Part shown: positions 47,569 to 57,149 of the stretch, piece by piece
How positions within the stretch are numbered: position 1 is the stretch's first letter
How the letters are laid out: each line of letters opens with the position of its first letter
Origin: Thermoproteota archaeon
GTDB lineage: Archaea > Korarchaeota > Korarchaeia > Korarchaeales > Korarchaeaceae
Direction of reading: 5' to 3'
DNA: 64,000 nt
Assembly (NCBI GenBank): GCA_026986575.1
Contig: JALSOH010000009.1
Location: 96,001-160,000, forward strand
Made by a program: the position numbers and the translations under genes
The notes under the pieces: model-generated
What the model was told of the DNA's origin: nothing
What the model saw: only the letters and a program-made list of their open reading frames with translations
Databases searched by the model: none

Positions 47569-48798
47569 ATGCTCGTCATAGACCCTAGGATGGCGGGGAT
47601 ATCGGGGGACATGCTTCTCTCCGCCTTAGTGGACCTCACGGGAATGGAGGAAGCGGTGCAAGAGGTGGCAGATGTCGTTTCCTCAACGCTGGATTACGTG
47701 GACAGGATCGGGGTAGAGTTCAGGGACGTCAGGAGGGGCGACCTCAGGGGGAGAAGGATGATCGTCACCTTGGAGGAAAGGGTCGAGAGACTCTGGGCCT
47801 CCGACGCTCTGAGATATGCCGCTGAGATGTGCAGGAACTTGGGCTTGGGCGAGAGGGCATCCACCCTCGTGAGGACCGTCATTAGCGAGTTAGCGAGAGC
47901 CGAGGTCTCAGCCCACGGTTACGAGCCTGAGAAGGCACACTTCCACGAGCTCGGCTCGGCTGACACCTTCTTGGACGTGTTGGGGGTGGCCAGCGTCCTT
48001 CAGAGATCGGGGCTAATAGATGAGCTGGTGTATACCACCCCCCCAGCCTTGGGCGGCGGTTACGTGGAGATCTCCCACGGCTACTTGCCGGTGCCGACTC
48101 CCGCAGTCTTGGAGATACTGAGGAGGCACAACTATAGGATATCATCGGTCCCCATTGAAGCGGAACTCACCACCCCTACGGGAGCTGCCCTCCTCGTAAA
48201 CCTAGCTTCTAGGATCGTAGATACCCTGCCACCCATGAGGATCGAGGGAGTTGGGGTTGGAGCTGGAGAGAGGGAGCTGGACAGGGTGCCGAACCTCCTT
48301 AGGGTGATCAGAGGATCGGGGAGCGGGAGCAGGGAAGTGAAGATGGAGGTAGTTACTCTCTTGGAGACGAACGTGGATGACGTCCCTGGAGAGGTGCTAG
48401 GTCACGTGGTCGATGAGCTAATGAAGCAGGGAGCCCTGGACGTATCTGTGCTCCCGGCTACGGGAAAGAAGGGGAGACCTGCGTACCTAATCAGGGTGCT
48501 CTCCAATCCTCGGGCGGCTGAGGAGCTGGCCATCCTGCTGATGAGGGAGACCGGCACCCTAGGCGTGAGATTGATGGATGTCCCGAGGATGGTGGCGGAG
48601 AGGGATGTGAGGACCATCAGGCTGGAGTTGCTTGGGAGGAGCTACGAGGTAAGGGTGAAGGTATCGAGCATAGGAGGGAAGGTGGTCAATGTGAAGCCAG
48701 AACACGACGATCTTGCGAAGATCTCTAGGGAAACAGGGATCCCTTTAAGGAGACTTGATGACCTCGTGAGGACGCGTCTCGCTGAACCCCTCGACTAG
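47569..48798 (+). CDS. larC: NPN cofactor nickel insertase LarC (single continuous ORF)
   Basis: AGISGDMLL, HFHELG, HGYLPVPTPA, ELTTPTGAA, ETNVDD, KKGRP, ETGTLGVR, KPEHDD. Confidence 0.95.
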   Translation: MLVIDPRMAGISGDMLLSALVDLTGMEEAVQEVADVVSSTLDYVDRIGVEFRDVRRGDLRGRRMIVTLEERVERLWASDALRYAAEMCRNLGLGERASTLVRTVISELARAEVSAHGYEPEKAHFHELGSADTFLDVLGVASVLQRSGLIDELVYTTPPALGGGYVEISHGYLPVPTPAVLEILRRHNYRISSVPIEAELTTPTGAALLVNLASRIVDTLPPMRIEGVGVGAGERELDRVPNLLRVIRGSGSGSREVKMEVVTLLETNVDDVPGEVLGHVVDELMKQGALDVSVLPATGKKGRPAYLIRVLSNPRAAEELAILLMRETGTLGVRLMDVPRMVAERDVRTIRLELLGRSYEVRVKVSSIGGKVVNVKPEHDDLAKISRETGIPLRRLDDLVRTRLAEPLD

Positions 48799-48845
48799 AG
48801 TGCTGGTTACATCATTAAATGGGAGTAACAGATCTGTCGCCCTAG

Positions 48846-49325
48846 GTGAATGATGAATCTCTCGATATCAGGGAGAGGTTCCTCTCATCGGGAAGGGCGG
48901 TCTTCAAAATGGTCCAGCTATCCAACATCCTCAGGATATCCCGGGATCACGTCAAGATGTACGCTAGTAGACTGAAACCTTGGCAGGAAGATAAGAGGTA
49001 CGTTCAAGCATTGGTGTTCTACGCGTTGAGCGGGTGGCCTATCATCATGAACGGAGGAACTTATCTCTGGTTCTTCCATGGGCCAAACAAATTCTACGAT
49101 GATCTCGACTTCGCCCGGACATGAGTTTTGAAGGAGGACCCGAGGATGTGAGTGTCACTTGAGCTCTTCGGACTGAGAAATAGCATGAAGGTACTGAGGG
49201 AAGATAAAATACGCACTCACGTTCAGAGTAGATGCGTGAAGATCACTCTCGACGTCTGAGAAGGATCTCTGCCGTGTTCATGTGGATATAAGCAGGAGCG
49301 AGAGGGTCCTCCTGAAGCCGATACC
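48846..49325 (+). pseudogene. Remnant of an AbiEi/AbiEii (type IV TA) pair
   Basis: AbiEi-like start (GRAVFKMVQLSNILRISRDHVKMYASRL) joined to an AbiEii-like fragment GGTYLWFFHGPNKFYDDLDF (cf. KGGT...RFSEDLDF); further broken fragment CRVHVDISRSERVLLKP near 49270-49320. Confidence 0.6.
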
Positions 49326-49400
49326 CATCAAATTGGATGAGCCCGCGCGCCCTCGCCCAGGGACGCGGGATTATTAACTATCTTACCTCCGATAGAATTG

Positions 49401-49838
49401 ATGGGTTCGCACAAGCACGAGGAGGGTAGGAGAGGAGAGAGCTCAGTAAGGTTCGGGGTGTCAGTGCCAGCCGACTTGCTCAGGGAGTTCGACGAGGTGA
49501 TCTCCAAGATAGGAATGAAGCGTTCCAAGGCAATTAGGTTGGCAATGAGGAACTTCCTATCCGAGAGGAACTGGGAGTGTCAGGATAAGGAGGTCGTGGG
49601 AACGATAAACCTCCTCTACGACCACGAGGTCAGGGGGCTGGAAGAGTTCCTGACGGAGGTGCAGCATGAGTTCTTGGACGTGGTGCTATTCAACACCCAC
49701 ATACACTTGGACAGGGAAAACTGCCTCATGGTCATAGTGATCAGGGGGAATCCCTCCCGGATCAGGAGGATGATCGAGAAGATATCTTCGAGGAGGGGCA
49801 TCAAGCAAGTGAGGACTCTCATAAGCAGCATGAGCTGA
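49401..49838 (+). CDS. nikR: Nickel-responsive regulator NikR
   Basis: RHH RFGVSVPADLLREFD...RSKAIR; Ni ligands YDH...QHEF...HIHLDRENC. Confidence 0.9.
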   Translation: MGSHKHEEGRRGESSVRFGVSVPADLLREFDEVISKIGMKRSKAIRLAMRNFLSERNWECQDKEVVGTINLLYDHEVRGLEEFLTEVQHEFLDVVLFNTHIHLDRENCLMVIVIRGNPSRIRRMIEKISSRRGIKQVRTLISSMS

Positions 49839-49870
49839 ATTATTTGATCCCAGATCCAGCTCAGTTCGGC

Positions 49871-50293
49871 CTAGCCAAGCCTAACTCGCCCCGTGTGCCC
49901 CAATGCCGAGAGAATCCCACGCAAGAGTTCTCGCACATCAGAGAACTCAAGCAAAATCAAGTCAGGGTTACCAGATATCAGCTTGGACACCTTAGTCCCC
50001 CTCCGGTAGAACGCTATTACCTCTTTCCCCCTCCTTAAGGCCTCACATATCTCGTACCCGACTCCCAAACTCGGATGCGTCACATCGGCCAGCAGGATAT
50101 CCGCCTCTCCCAACATCTTCATGTCGCGCTCGAAAACGTAGGAATCATCAGCTGTTTCGTCGGGAGATCCTGGGAGGTAAATCTCCTCGTTGACCACATC
50201 GTGCCCTTCATCCTTCAGGATGGAGATCACCTCTCTAGCTAATTCGAGATCACTCCCGGCGCCCCTTATGGATGTGGCGAAGTACACTCTCAT
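49871..50293 (-). CDS. Nucleoside 2-deoxyribosyltransferase / dNMP N-glycosidase family protein
   Basis: MRVYFATSIRG, FERD...ADILLADVTHPSLGVGYE, SKLISG. Confidence 0.85.
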   Translation of the reverse strand: MRVYFATSIRGAGSDLELAREVISILKDEGHDVVNEEIYLPGSPDETADDSYVFERDMKMLGEADILLADVTHPSLGVGYEICEALRRGKEVIAFYRRGTKVSKLISGNPDLILLEFSDVRELLRGILSALGHTGRVRLG

Positions 50294-50399
50294 CCCGTCG
50301 TCCTGTGGAGCGTAGATATATACGTTCGGGCCTCCTTCGGAGATGCCTTCGGAACGCCTAGAGAGTACGCTCATCACTCTTGGGCGAACTTATAGTCCA

Positions 50400-50647
50400 C
50401 CATCTCTTAGTACGAACTTAACCTCGGTTCCATCGATTCTAACCGTGTCCTCATGATCCCGAGTCAAGACTGGTTGATCCTGCATCCAAGATCATCGGCA
50501 GCCCTGATCAGAAATAACACCCTCAACTACTAGAATCTCCTTGGGGGAGAACGGAATATCCTGATAATTGTGTCCCCTCCTCAACTGAGTGGCTATCTTA
50601 CTGAGCAGCTTTGAGGAGGAGCCTGTTATGAATGGTAGGTATCTCAT
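50400..50647 (-). pseudogene. Collapsed remnant of an AAA_14/DUF4143 (COG1373-type) archaeal ATPase
   Basis: Manual translation from 50647: MRYLPFITGSSSKLLSKIATQLRRG (cf. family signature TGSSSKLLSxEIATxLRGR); a short distance on, DHEDTVRIDGTEVKFV resembles the family C-terminus. Confidence 0.55.
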
Positions 50648-50847
50648 ACCCTTACACTGGATGAAGCATGTCCTACCAGCCTTCTCAGGTCCAATCCAAT
50701 CATTTAGGTGACGAAGCTCTCGCTTGGACCGACCTTCTTACACCTATTTAGTAATACATCCCTTAAGCCTTCCTTTTTGAGGGGCATGGCTTCCTAGTGT
50801 TCCCCCTCGGGTTAAATGCAGTGAGGATTTCCCTGGGATAAACTGTG

Positions 50848-51711
50848 TCACATGTTGAGCTTCCACAGGATACCGCTCTCGCTGGCCTCAGCCGAGACCT
50901 TGCCCTCCTCGTAGAGCCTAGCTAGGAGGGATCTTATAGTAACAGCGCTGAGAATGATCGAGCTCACCGTGACCTTGCCTCCCCCATCCTTCAGGAGCCT
51001 GGAGGTCAACTCTTCGACCGTCATGGGCCTAGAGGACAGCTCAGTCATGGCCTTGTCAGGAAGCTCCTCCATCACCTCTATGTTGAAGTCCAAGAGTTCT
51101 TCAGCTCTCTTGCCCTCCACCACGGGACCGTGGGAGGGGACGAGCTTTCGGAAATCCCTCGCATGTTCCCTCAACCAGCGGAGGGTCTCCAAGGCCGTTC
51201 CGTAGTCCTGATAGTAGGGGATAACCGCGCTCCTCAGCAGCTTGTCTCCGAAGAAGGAGTCAGCGGCGTAGAGGATGCGATTCGCTACATAACCTACTTG
51301 ACCGTAGGTGTGCCCTGGGAGCGGAACCGTCTCCACCGGCCCGAGCTGGAAGGGATGCCTGAAGACATGGTCCACCTGAACGCTGACGGCCTTCACATGG
51401 TATATCAGGCCCTCCGGCGCGTAGCCACCGAAGGTCACAGCCCTCCTCAGGCCCACCGACTCAACACCGCAGGCCTCCACTATCGGAGCGTGTATCCCCA
51501 ACTCGCTCTCCAATCCCCTTGCCGCGAGCACGTGATCCGAGTGGAAGTGCGTCAGGAGAACGGCCTTTATCTTCCCCTGAGCCCTTATATCAACAGCCCT
51601 ACTCTCTGAAGACCCCGGATCGATAACTATGAAGCCATCCTCCCATGGGACGAACATGGTGGAGGGGCTTCCGGGGAGTAATTTGATACCCTTTCCTATT
51701 CCCTTTAGCAT
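50848..51711 (-). CDS. Metallo-beta-lactamase fold hydrolase with C-terminal wHTH-like domain
   Basis: IDPG, THFHSDH, PGHTYG, AADS, VPSHG. Confidence 0.9.
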   Translation of the reverse strand: MLKGIGKGIKLLPGSPSTMFVPWEDGFIVIDPGSSESRAVDIRAQGKIKAVLLTHFHSDHVLAARGLESELGIHAPIVEACGVESVGLRRAVTFGGYAPEGLIYHVKAVSVQVDHVFRHPFQLGPVETVPLPGHTYGQVGYVANRILYAADSFFGDKLLRSAVIPYYQDYGTALETLRWLREHARDFRKLVPSHGPVVEGKRAEELLDFNIEVMEELPDKAMTELSSRPMTVEELTSRLLKDGGGKVTVSSIILSAVTIRSLLARLYEEGKVSAEASESGILWKLNM

Positions 51712-52128
51712 AAGCCTCCAGCCCACCACCCTAGCAAATTAATAACGGTATCAACGTAAACATCGGAAGACCCCTTCATCTAAGGATCCCATGGCTGGTA
51801 GAGCGTGGGACCAAAGGGGCTTCCTTAAAACCTCTACTGGCACGTGGAGGATGGATTTCGCAGTATTAGCCCCGAATTCAGGCTATTATAAGGGAATATT
51901 CCCCTCCCGATAGGCCCGGTGACTTTACGGGATCGTAATGTAGAATGGTCTCAATTGGGGATTGAATACAGCAGCCTATTATTCCCTTCATTCTCTAAGT
52001 AGTCCCGTCTAGGGTTACAAACGCCAAAAACTGAGCGCGGATGATGTACCTATATCTCCACCGGTATCCGAGGGACCAGCACATTTAGGGCCTAAAGTTA
52101 TTAAGATCTTAAGTCCCATATCTTTTGG

Positions 52129-52407
52129 ATGGGATCCATTAAAGTGTATATCTCGGATCAGCTGGAGCGAAAATTTAGAGAGGTAGCGATGAAGCTCTTT
52201 GGCTATGGAAGGGGCTCCCTAAGCGTTGCATCGGAGAAAGCGTTCAGCCTTTGGCTCTCACATGCACCAGACATCTTGGAAATTTCAGAATCTATTGATG
52301 ATCCGGTGGATGCCATATATGGGATGCTCTCTCATGTGAGAAAGACGGGAGTCGAGCTTCAACATGAGGCGAGTAAAATCAGGGCCAGAAAGGCGTTGGA
52401 ATATTGA
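52129..52407 (+). CDS. vapB: RHH-type antitoxin
   Basis: SIKVYISDQLERKFR...GRGSLSVA...GVELQHE; palindrome TTAAGATCTTAA at 52101-52112 upstream; precedes a PIN gene. Confidence 0.75.
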   Translation: MGSIKVYISDQLERKFREVAMKLFGYGRGSLSVASEKAFSLWLSHAPDILEISESIDDPVDAIYGMLSHVRKTGVELQHEASKIRARKALEY

Positions 52408-52408
52408 A

Positions 52409-52822
52409 GTGCTGATAGATGCCAACATATTCTTGGAAGTCGAGCTTGCTCAGGAGCATGCTGAGGCATGTAAGGGCTTTTTAGCGAGGGTTAGGGATGG
52501 TTTGGTCAGAGCGGCTATAACCGATTTTCACGTGGATTCCATAGTCTTGGTAATGGAGAACTATGGAAAGAGCTGGAGGGACCTCGCCGTTTTCTTAGCC
52601 TCGCTGTTTCTTTATAGAGGGTTGGTAATTTATCCTGTAGGGATGGGAGGACGCCTCAAGGCCATTCATTTCATGAGAGAATACGGTCTGGATTTCGATG
52701 ATGCACTGGCCCTACAGGCCATGAGGGATCTCTCGATTAGAACCTTAGTGTCCTACGATAGAGATTTCGACTCGGTCGACTGGGTTGAAAGGGTCACGCC
52801 TGAGAGTCTCGCGGAGGGGTAA
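52409..52822 (+). CDS. vapC: PIN-domain toxin VapC
   Basis: LIDANIFLE...LDFDDAL...LVSYDRDFD. Confidence 0.85.
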   Translation: MLIDANIFLEVELAQEHAEACKGFLARVRDGLVRAAITDFHVDSIVLVMENYGKSWRDLAVFLASLFLYRGLVIYPVGMGGRLKAIHFMREYGLDFDDALALQAMRDLSIRTLVSYDRDFDSVDWVERVTPESLAEG

Positions 52823-52863
52823 CTTCAACTCCTTTGGATTTGGTGCTGTGAAATCCCGAAACA

Positions 52864-53277
52864 TCAGAGCGCATTATCTTCGCTATCCTGAGCCCTCGAA
52901 GTGGATGATCTCAGGTCTAGGCCGAAACCGTCGTAAAGAATAGCGCTCCCTCTCAGCATCTCCCTGTAGTAGGGGTCTTCGATCTCCTCGGGTGAGAGGA
53001 CAAGGAGATCCATCGATATGCCTCGAGGTTTAAGCGATCTCACCTCGACAATCCACCCATACCTGTCACCCCCGATGTCCATCACAACTAGGAGATCGTA
53101 ATAGCTATCTGACCTTCCCTCGCCCCTCCCCCTCGACCCGAAAAGTATTATCGTGGACCTGGGGAAACGCCTCGCTATCCTCCCAACGAACTCCTCCAAG
53201 AGTTCATTCTGCCTCGAGAGGAGATCTTTTCTAGCCTTCAGCAGCCTTCTTAGCCCATGAAATGATTTTTTCACCAT
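52864..53277 (-). CDS. Minimal nucleotidyltransferase, probably inactive
   Basis: ILFGSRGRGEGRSDSYYDLLVV: the first Asp of the catalytic DxD is replaced by Tyr. Start uncertain. Confidence 0.7.
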   Translation of the reverse strand: MVKKSFHGLRRLLKARKDLLSRQNELLEEFVGRIARRFPRSTIILFGSRGRGEGRSDSYYDLLVVMDIGGDRYGWIVEVRSLKPRGISMDLLVLSPEEIEDPYYREMLRGSAILYDGFGLDLRSSTSRAQDSEDNAL

Positions 53278-53600
53278 GGGCAAGGCTCCTCTCTGCCTTT
53301 TCTTTGTCGTACGCGATGGGAGATCTACCCAGACATCTGGAGAGGGGTTAGGGCATCAGCCAGCGGGTAGAGCTCCTCCGGCGCGTCGAGACCAGCTTCC
53401 CTCAGGAACTCCAACAGCTCGACTAAATCATGTGTGTAGGGGTGAATCCCCACTAAGGAGATAGACAGGGCCTTTAGGTAAAACTCCACCGCTTGATGTA
53501 CCTCAAAGCACACGAACCAGTACGCTCCCTCCTCAATGTTTCTCCTAGCCTGCCTCATCAGGAAGTCCGCCCTCTCGATCCACTCTCTAGGTAATTCCAT
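53231..53600 (-). pseudogene. HEPN-domain gene, frameshifted at the active-site region
   Basis: MELPREWIERA...HQAVEFYLKA...THDL...LTP, then a frame change to SRCLGRSPIAYDKEKAERSL...AAEG*; the expected HYxxxRYP segment is damaged. Confidence 0.75.
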
Positions 53601-54015
53601 CTCCGTAGCATATCTCCTTCCTAGAATTAAAAGGAGATCGCACAATGAGGTTCTATGTTCGGTTCATGTGGGAGCGGACTCGCTTAAGGCTAACAGGCAA
53701 GAATTGTTATAGGGTCTGGACAGCAGCTCAGACCTTTAGCTATGTAGTTTACTGAATGAATGTCGTCGGAAGAGCCGATATGCCCTCATATCGGATCTCT
53801 TGAGGGTCGCAGAGTATATAGGTGGTCCCATGAATGGATGAGTTAGATATCTGCCCCCGTACATGAGATCTGAATTCAAACTTCGATGCCAGCGGGAGAG
53901 ATAATGTAAGGGGTGCTGGGTTGGGGGAAACCCAACCAATATACCCTTGAATCGCCCGAGGCACCAAGGCATGGAGGGCATATGGCGAATTCACCTTCAG
54001 GAGGATTCTCATCCC

Positions 54016-54834
54016 CTACATGACCGACAGGATGAGCCCTCCAACCACCAAAGTCGATCCCACTACATCCCTCGTGGTAAGCTTGTCACCGCTCAGGTGG
54101 GAGGCTATCTGGGATGTTGGTGGTCCTAACGCCGTGGCCAGGGTGGCGATCGTTACTCCAGCCGAGCCTAACGCGTAGAAGTAGAGGGAGAGGGCCACTC
54201 CAACTCCAAGCAAGCCGCCCACGAATGCCTTCCCTATCCCCTTAACCCTGTAAACGGGATAGCTGAGCACCCCATAGACCGAGGTGATGATTAGAGTGTT
54301 CCACAGGGTCATGGTCAGGGGAGTGACGTATTCAAGGGCCAGTTTCGCCGCTATTGGGCCCAAAGTGTAGCAGATGGATGAGAGGAGGGCCCAGAAGGTG
54401 CCCACGATATCCCACCTTCCTCCCCTGTAGGTGAGGATCCATATGCCCGAAACGGCCAGGAGCACGCCCGTCATTATTTGCACGGTTAGGGGTTCCCCCA
54501 GCAGTGCGTGCGACAGGAGAGCCGTCCAGACGACGTATGTGAACGCCACCGAGGTGGCCCTACCTGGCCCCATCAGCCCTATGGACTTGAGAAAGGAGTA
54601 GTCCCCTAGACCAGTCCCCAGCGACATGTTGGCGATTATGTAGAGGAGGCCTATAAGGGGGGGCACCACCATGTCTCCCGTTAAGGCCGTGAGGGGGATG
54701 AGGAAGGCTAGAGCACCTAAGGACTTCCAGAAGTTGGCCCTCGCTGATCCTCCGCTCCTCGTGGCCTCAGCGTAGAGGGTGGGCACTACTCCCCATATGA
54801 CGCCCGACAGCACGGCGGCGAGAAGAGCTATCAA
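54016..54834 (-). CDS. EamA/DMT family transporter
   Basis: 10 TM in two repeats; LGDYSFLKSI, LLGEPLT, YALGSAG. Confidence 0.85.
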   Translation of the reverse strand: MIALLAAVLSGVIWGVVPTLYAEATRSGGSARANFWKSLGALAFLIPLTALTGDMVVPPLIGLLYIIANMSLGTGLGDYSFLKSIGLMGPGRATSVAFTYVVWTALLSHALLGEPLTVQIMTGVLLAVSGIWILTYRGGRWDIVGTFWALLSSICYTLGPIAAKLALEYVTPLTMTLWNTLIITSVYGVLSYPVYRVKGIGKAFVGGLLGVGVALSLYFYALGSAGVTIATLATALGPPTSQIASHLSGDKLTTRDVVGSTLVVGGLILSVM

Positions 54835-54881
54835 AGGGAACCCCCTGACCGATCGGCCTTGCTACTTAAGAGCCTTCCCGT

Positions 54882-55784
54882 TCACCCCCAGCTCAGTGCC
54901 GTCAACCACGCGCCCAGATATATGGGAGAGAACAGTGAGGTTATTAGGATCAGCGAGTATATCTCCTCCCTGCGAAAATCGTAAACATCGCTAAGGACGG
55001 CCAGGGCGACAGCGACAGGCATAGCTGACATGAGCGTGGTGATCGACACCTCCAACTGACTGAGGCTCAGCAGATGCCCCACACCTAGGGCGATTAAGGG
55101 GAGCAGGAGGACCTTCCCTAACAAGGGAGTCAGGTCAAGCACGGGCCATCCCCTTCCGTAGAAGAAAGCGCCGAGCATGAATATGGCAACCGGTCCCGAT
55201 GTGTTTCCCAGCTCCTTAAGGGTGTAGGAGATGAACTCCGGTACCTTCACGCCTGATACCATGAGGAGAAGTCCGATCAGAGCTGACCATATCAGCGGAT
55301 TCCTCACAATCCTCCTCAGTAGATCACCTCCCTCCCTAGCCGCCTCGAAGAGGGGAATGACAAGGAAGGTGAAGGTGACGAGAGTGGAGGCCCACGCAAG
55401 GACTGCTGGACTTGTGCTCCCCGGGAACACCGCCCTCACATAGGGTATCCCATAGAAACCGGTGTTTCCAGATATGGAGGCAGCGATGAGCAGGATGACG
55501 CGCTCCTTTCCCAATCCCATCGCTTTTCCCACTAGGTAAATGAGGGTCGCGACCAGCAACATGGGCGCAGAAACGCCTATGACCATTCTCAGGACTCTTT
55601 CGCTCATTTCCATTGAGGAGAGTCCCCAGATGACTAGGGAGGGTAGCGATACGTGGAAGACGAAGTCGCTCAACACCCTTTCCTCGCCCTCTCTCAGGAC
55701 CCCGTACTTCCTTGACAGGTATCCTAAGGCCATCAGCGACAGCAGAAAGAAGGTGGACCTGGAGAGAGCGCTTACTAGATCCAT
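54882..55784 (-). CDS. AEC (auxin efflux carrier / malate permease-like) family transporter
   Basis: FVFHVSLPSL, GNTGFYGIP, NPLIWS, PVAIFMLG, SAMPVA. Confidence 0.85.
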   Translation of the reverse strand: MDLVSALSRSTFFLLSLMALGYLSRKYGVLREGEERVLSDFVFHVSLPSLVIWGLSSMEMSERVLRMVIGVSAPMLLVATLIYLVGKAMGLGKERVILLIAASISGNTGFYGIPYVRAVFPGSTSPAVLAWASTLVTFTFLVIPLFEAAREGGDLLRRIVRNPLIWSALIGLLLMVSGVKVPEFISYTLKELGNTSGPVAIFMLGAFFYGRGWPVLDLTPLLGKVLLLPLIALGVGHLLSLSQLEVSITTLMSAMPVAVALAVLSDVYDFRREEIYSLILITSLFSPIYLGAWLTALSWG

Positions 55785-55886
55785 CGAGGTGTCTCGGGGC
55801 CCTTCCATATAAGGTCTCCACGTGGGTTGTGCCAGCGTACCCACCAAGGCATTTATTATTCACTAGGTCGGGAGGCCGGTGATGGG

Positions 55887-57149
55887 ATGCCCAGCTCTAG
55901 GATACCTGGATTCTATAAGCTTACGATAGACGAGAGGCTCCGGAAGGTCAAGGAGTTTGCGGGCCTGACGGATGAGGAGCTCGAGGTCATAAAGTACGGG
56001 AAGCTGCCTCTCGAAGTTGCCGATCAAATGATCGAGAACGTCATTGGCCTCTGGCCCCTGCCTTTCGCCGTCGCCACGAACTTCCTGATAAACGGAAGGG
56101 ATTACCTGGTGCCGATGGCCATAGAGGAGCCCTCAGTCGTTGCGGCAGCTAGTAACGCGGCCAAGATGGCTAGGGAATCGGGAGGCTTCGAGGCCGAGGC
56201 TACTGAGTCCATCATGATATCCCAGATCCAGGTGGTGAAGATTCCCGACTTGGAGGAGGCCAAGAGGACCATAATGGCCGAGAAGGAGAAGCTACTGGAG
56301 CTGGCCAATGAGATGGATCCCCTCCTCGTGAAGTTGGGGGGCGGTGCTAGGGACTTGGAGGTGAGGACCATTGACACCGACGTCGGATCGATGCTTATCG
56401 TTCACCTCTACGTGGACACGCTGGACGCCATGGGCGCGAACACCGTTAACACCATGGCCGAGGGCCTGGCGCCAACGATCGAGAGACTAACTGGCGGCAA
56501 GGTCTACCTGAGGATCCTCTCCAACCTCGCTGACAGGCGTCTGGCTAGAGCGAAGGCCAGGTTCGCCAAGTCGGCGATAGGAGGGGAGGAGGTGGTAGAG
56601 GGGATAATGTGGGCCTATCGCTTCGCCAAGTACGATCCTTACAGGGCCGCGACCCACAACAAGGGGATAATGAACGGGATAATAGCGGTAGCGAGGGCGA
56701 CGGGTCAAGACACTCGGGCCATAGAGGCAGGGGCCCACAGCTACGCTGCCAAGAGTGGGAAGTACACCTCACTGACGGAGTACTGGGTGGACGAGAACGG
56801 TGACCTTTGGGGGAGCATCGAGCTTCCCCTTGCCGTGGGAACCGTTGGAGGCGTGGTCAGGGTCCATCCCATAGCTAAGCTGGCCCTCAAGATACTGGGC
56901 GTGCAGAAGGCTAGGGAGCTGGCGCGGGTAATGGCTGCGGTCGGCCTCGCACAGAACTTCGCCGCTCTAAGGGCTCTGGCAACTGAGGGTATTCAGGCCG
57001 GCCACATGAAGCTCCACGCCCGCAACATAGCCCTCGCTGCCGGCGCCACCCCGGAGGAGGTTGATAGGGTCGTTGAGAAGATGATAAGGGAGAAGAGGAT
57101 AAGCTTGGAGAGGGCGAAGGAGATACTGGAGGAGATAAGGGGTGGCTGA
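55887..57149 (+). CDS. mvaA: Hydroxymethylglutaryl-CoA reductase, class II (degradative-type family)
   Basis: SRIPGFYKL, ENVIG, EEPSVVAAAS, DAMGANTVNTMAE, ILSNL, RAATHNKGIMNG, EGIQAGHMKLH. Confidence 0.95.
   Translation: MPSSRIPGFYKLTIDERLRKVKEFAGLTDEELEVIKYGKLPLEVADQMIENVIGLWPLPFAVATNFLINGRDYLVPMAIEEPSVVAAASNAAKMARESGGFEAEATESIMISQIQVVKIPDLEEAKRTIMAEKEKLLELANEMDPLLVKLGGGARDLEVRTIDTDVGSMLIVHLYVDTLDAMGANTVNTMAEGLAPTIERLTGGKVYLRILSNLADRRLARAKARFAKSAIGGEEVVEGIMWAYRFAKYDPYRAATHNKGIMNGIIAVARATGQDTRAIEAGAHSYAAKSGKYTSLTEYWVDENGDLWGSIELPLAVGTVGGVVRVHPIAKLALKILGVQKARELARVMAAVGLAQNFAALRALATEGIQAGHMKLHARNIALAAGATPEEVDRVVEKMIREKRISLERAKEILEEIRGG

Noticed and set aside
47569-48798. Programmed frameshift in larC, as in Lactiplantibacillus larC1/C2
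   Set aside because: The ORF is continuous and contains both domains.
51940-51969. GTAGAATGGTCTCAATTGGGGATTGAATAC, a CRISPR-repeat-like 3' end; a similar weak case lies near 53920-53953
   Set aside because: Isolated and dissimilar from each other; cannot be told from chance without the genome's real repeat sequence.
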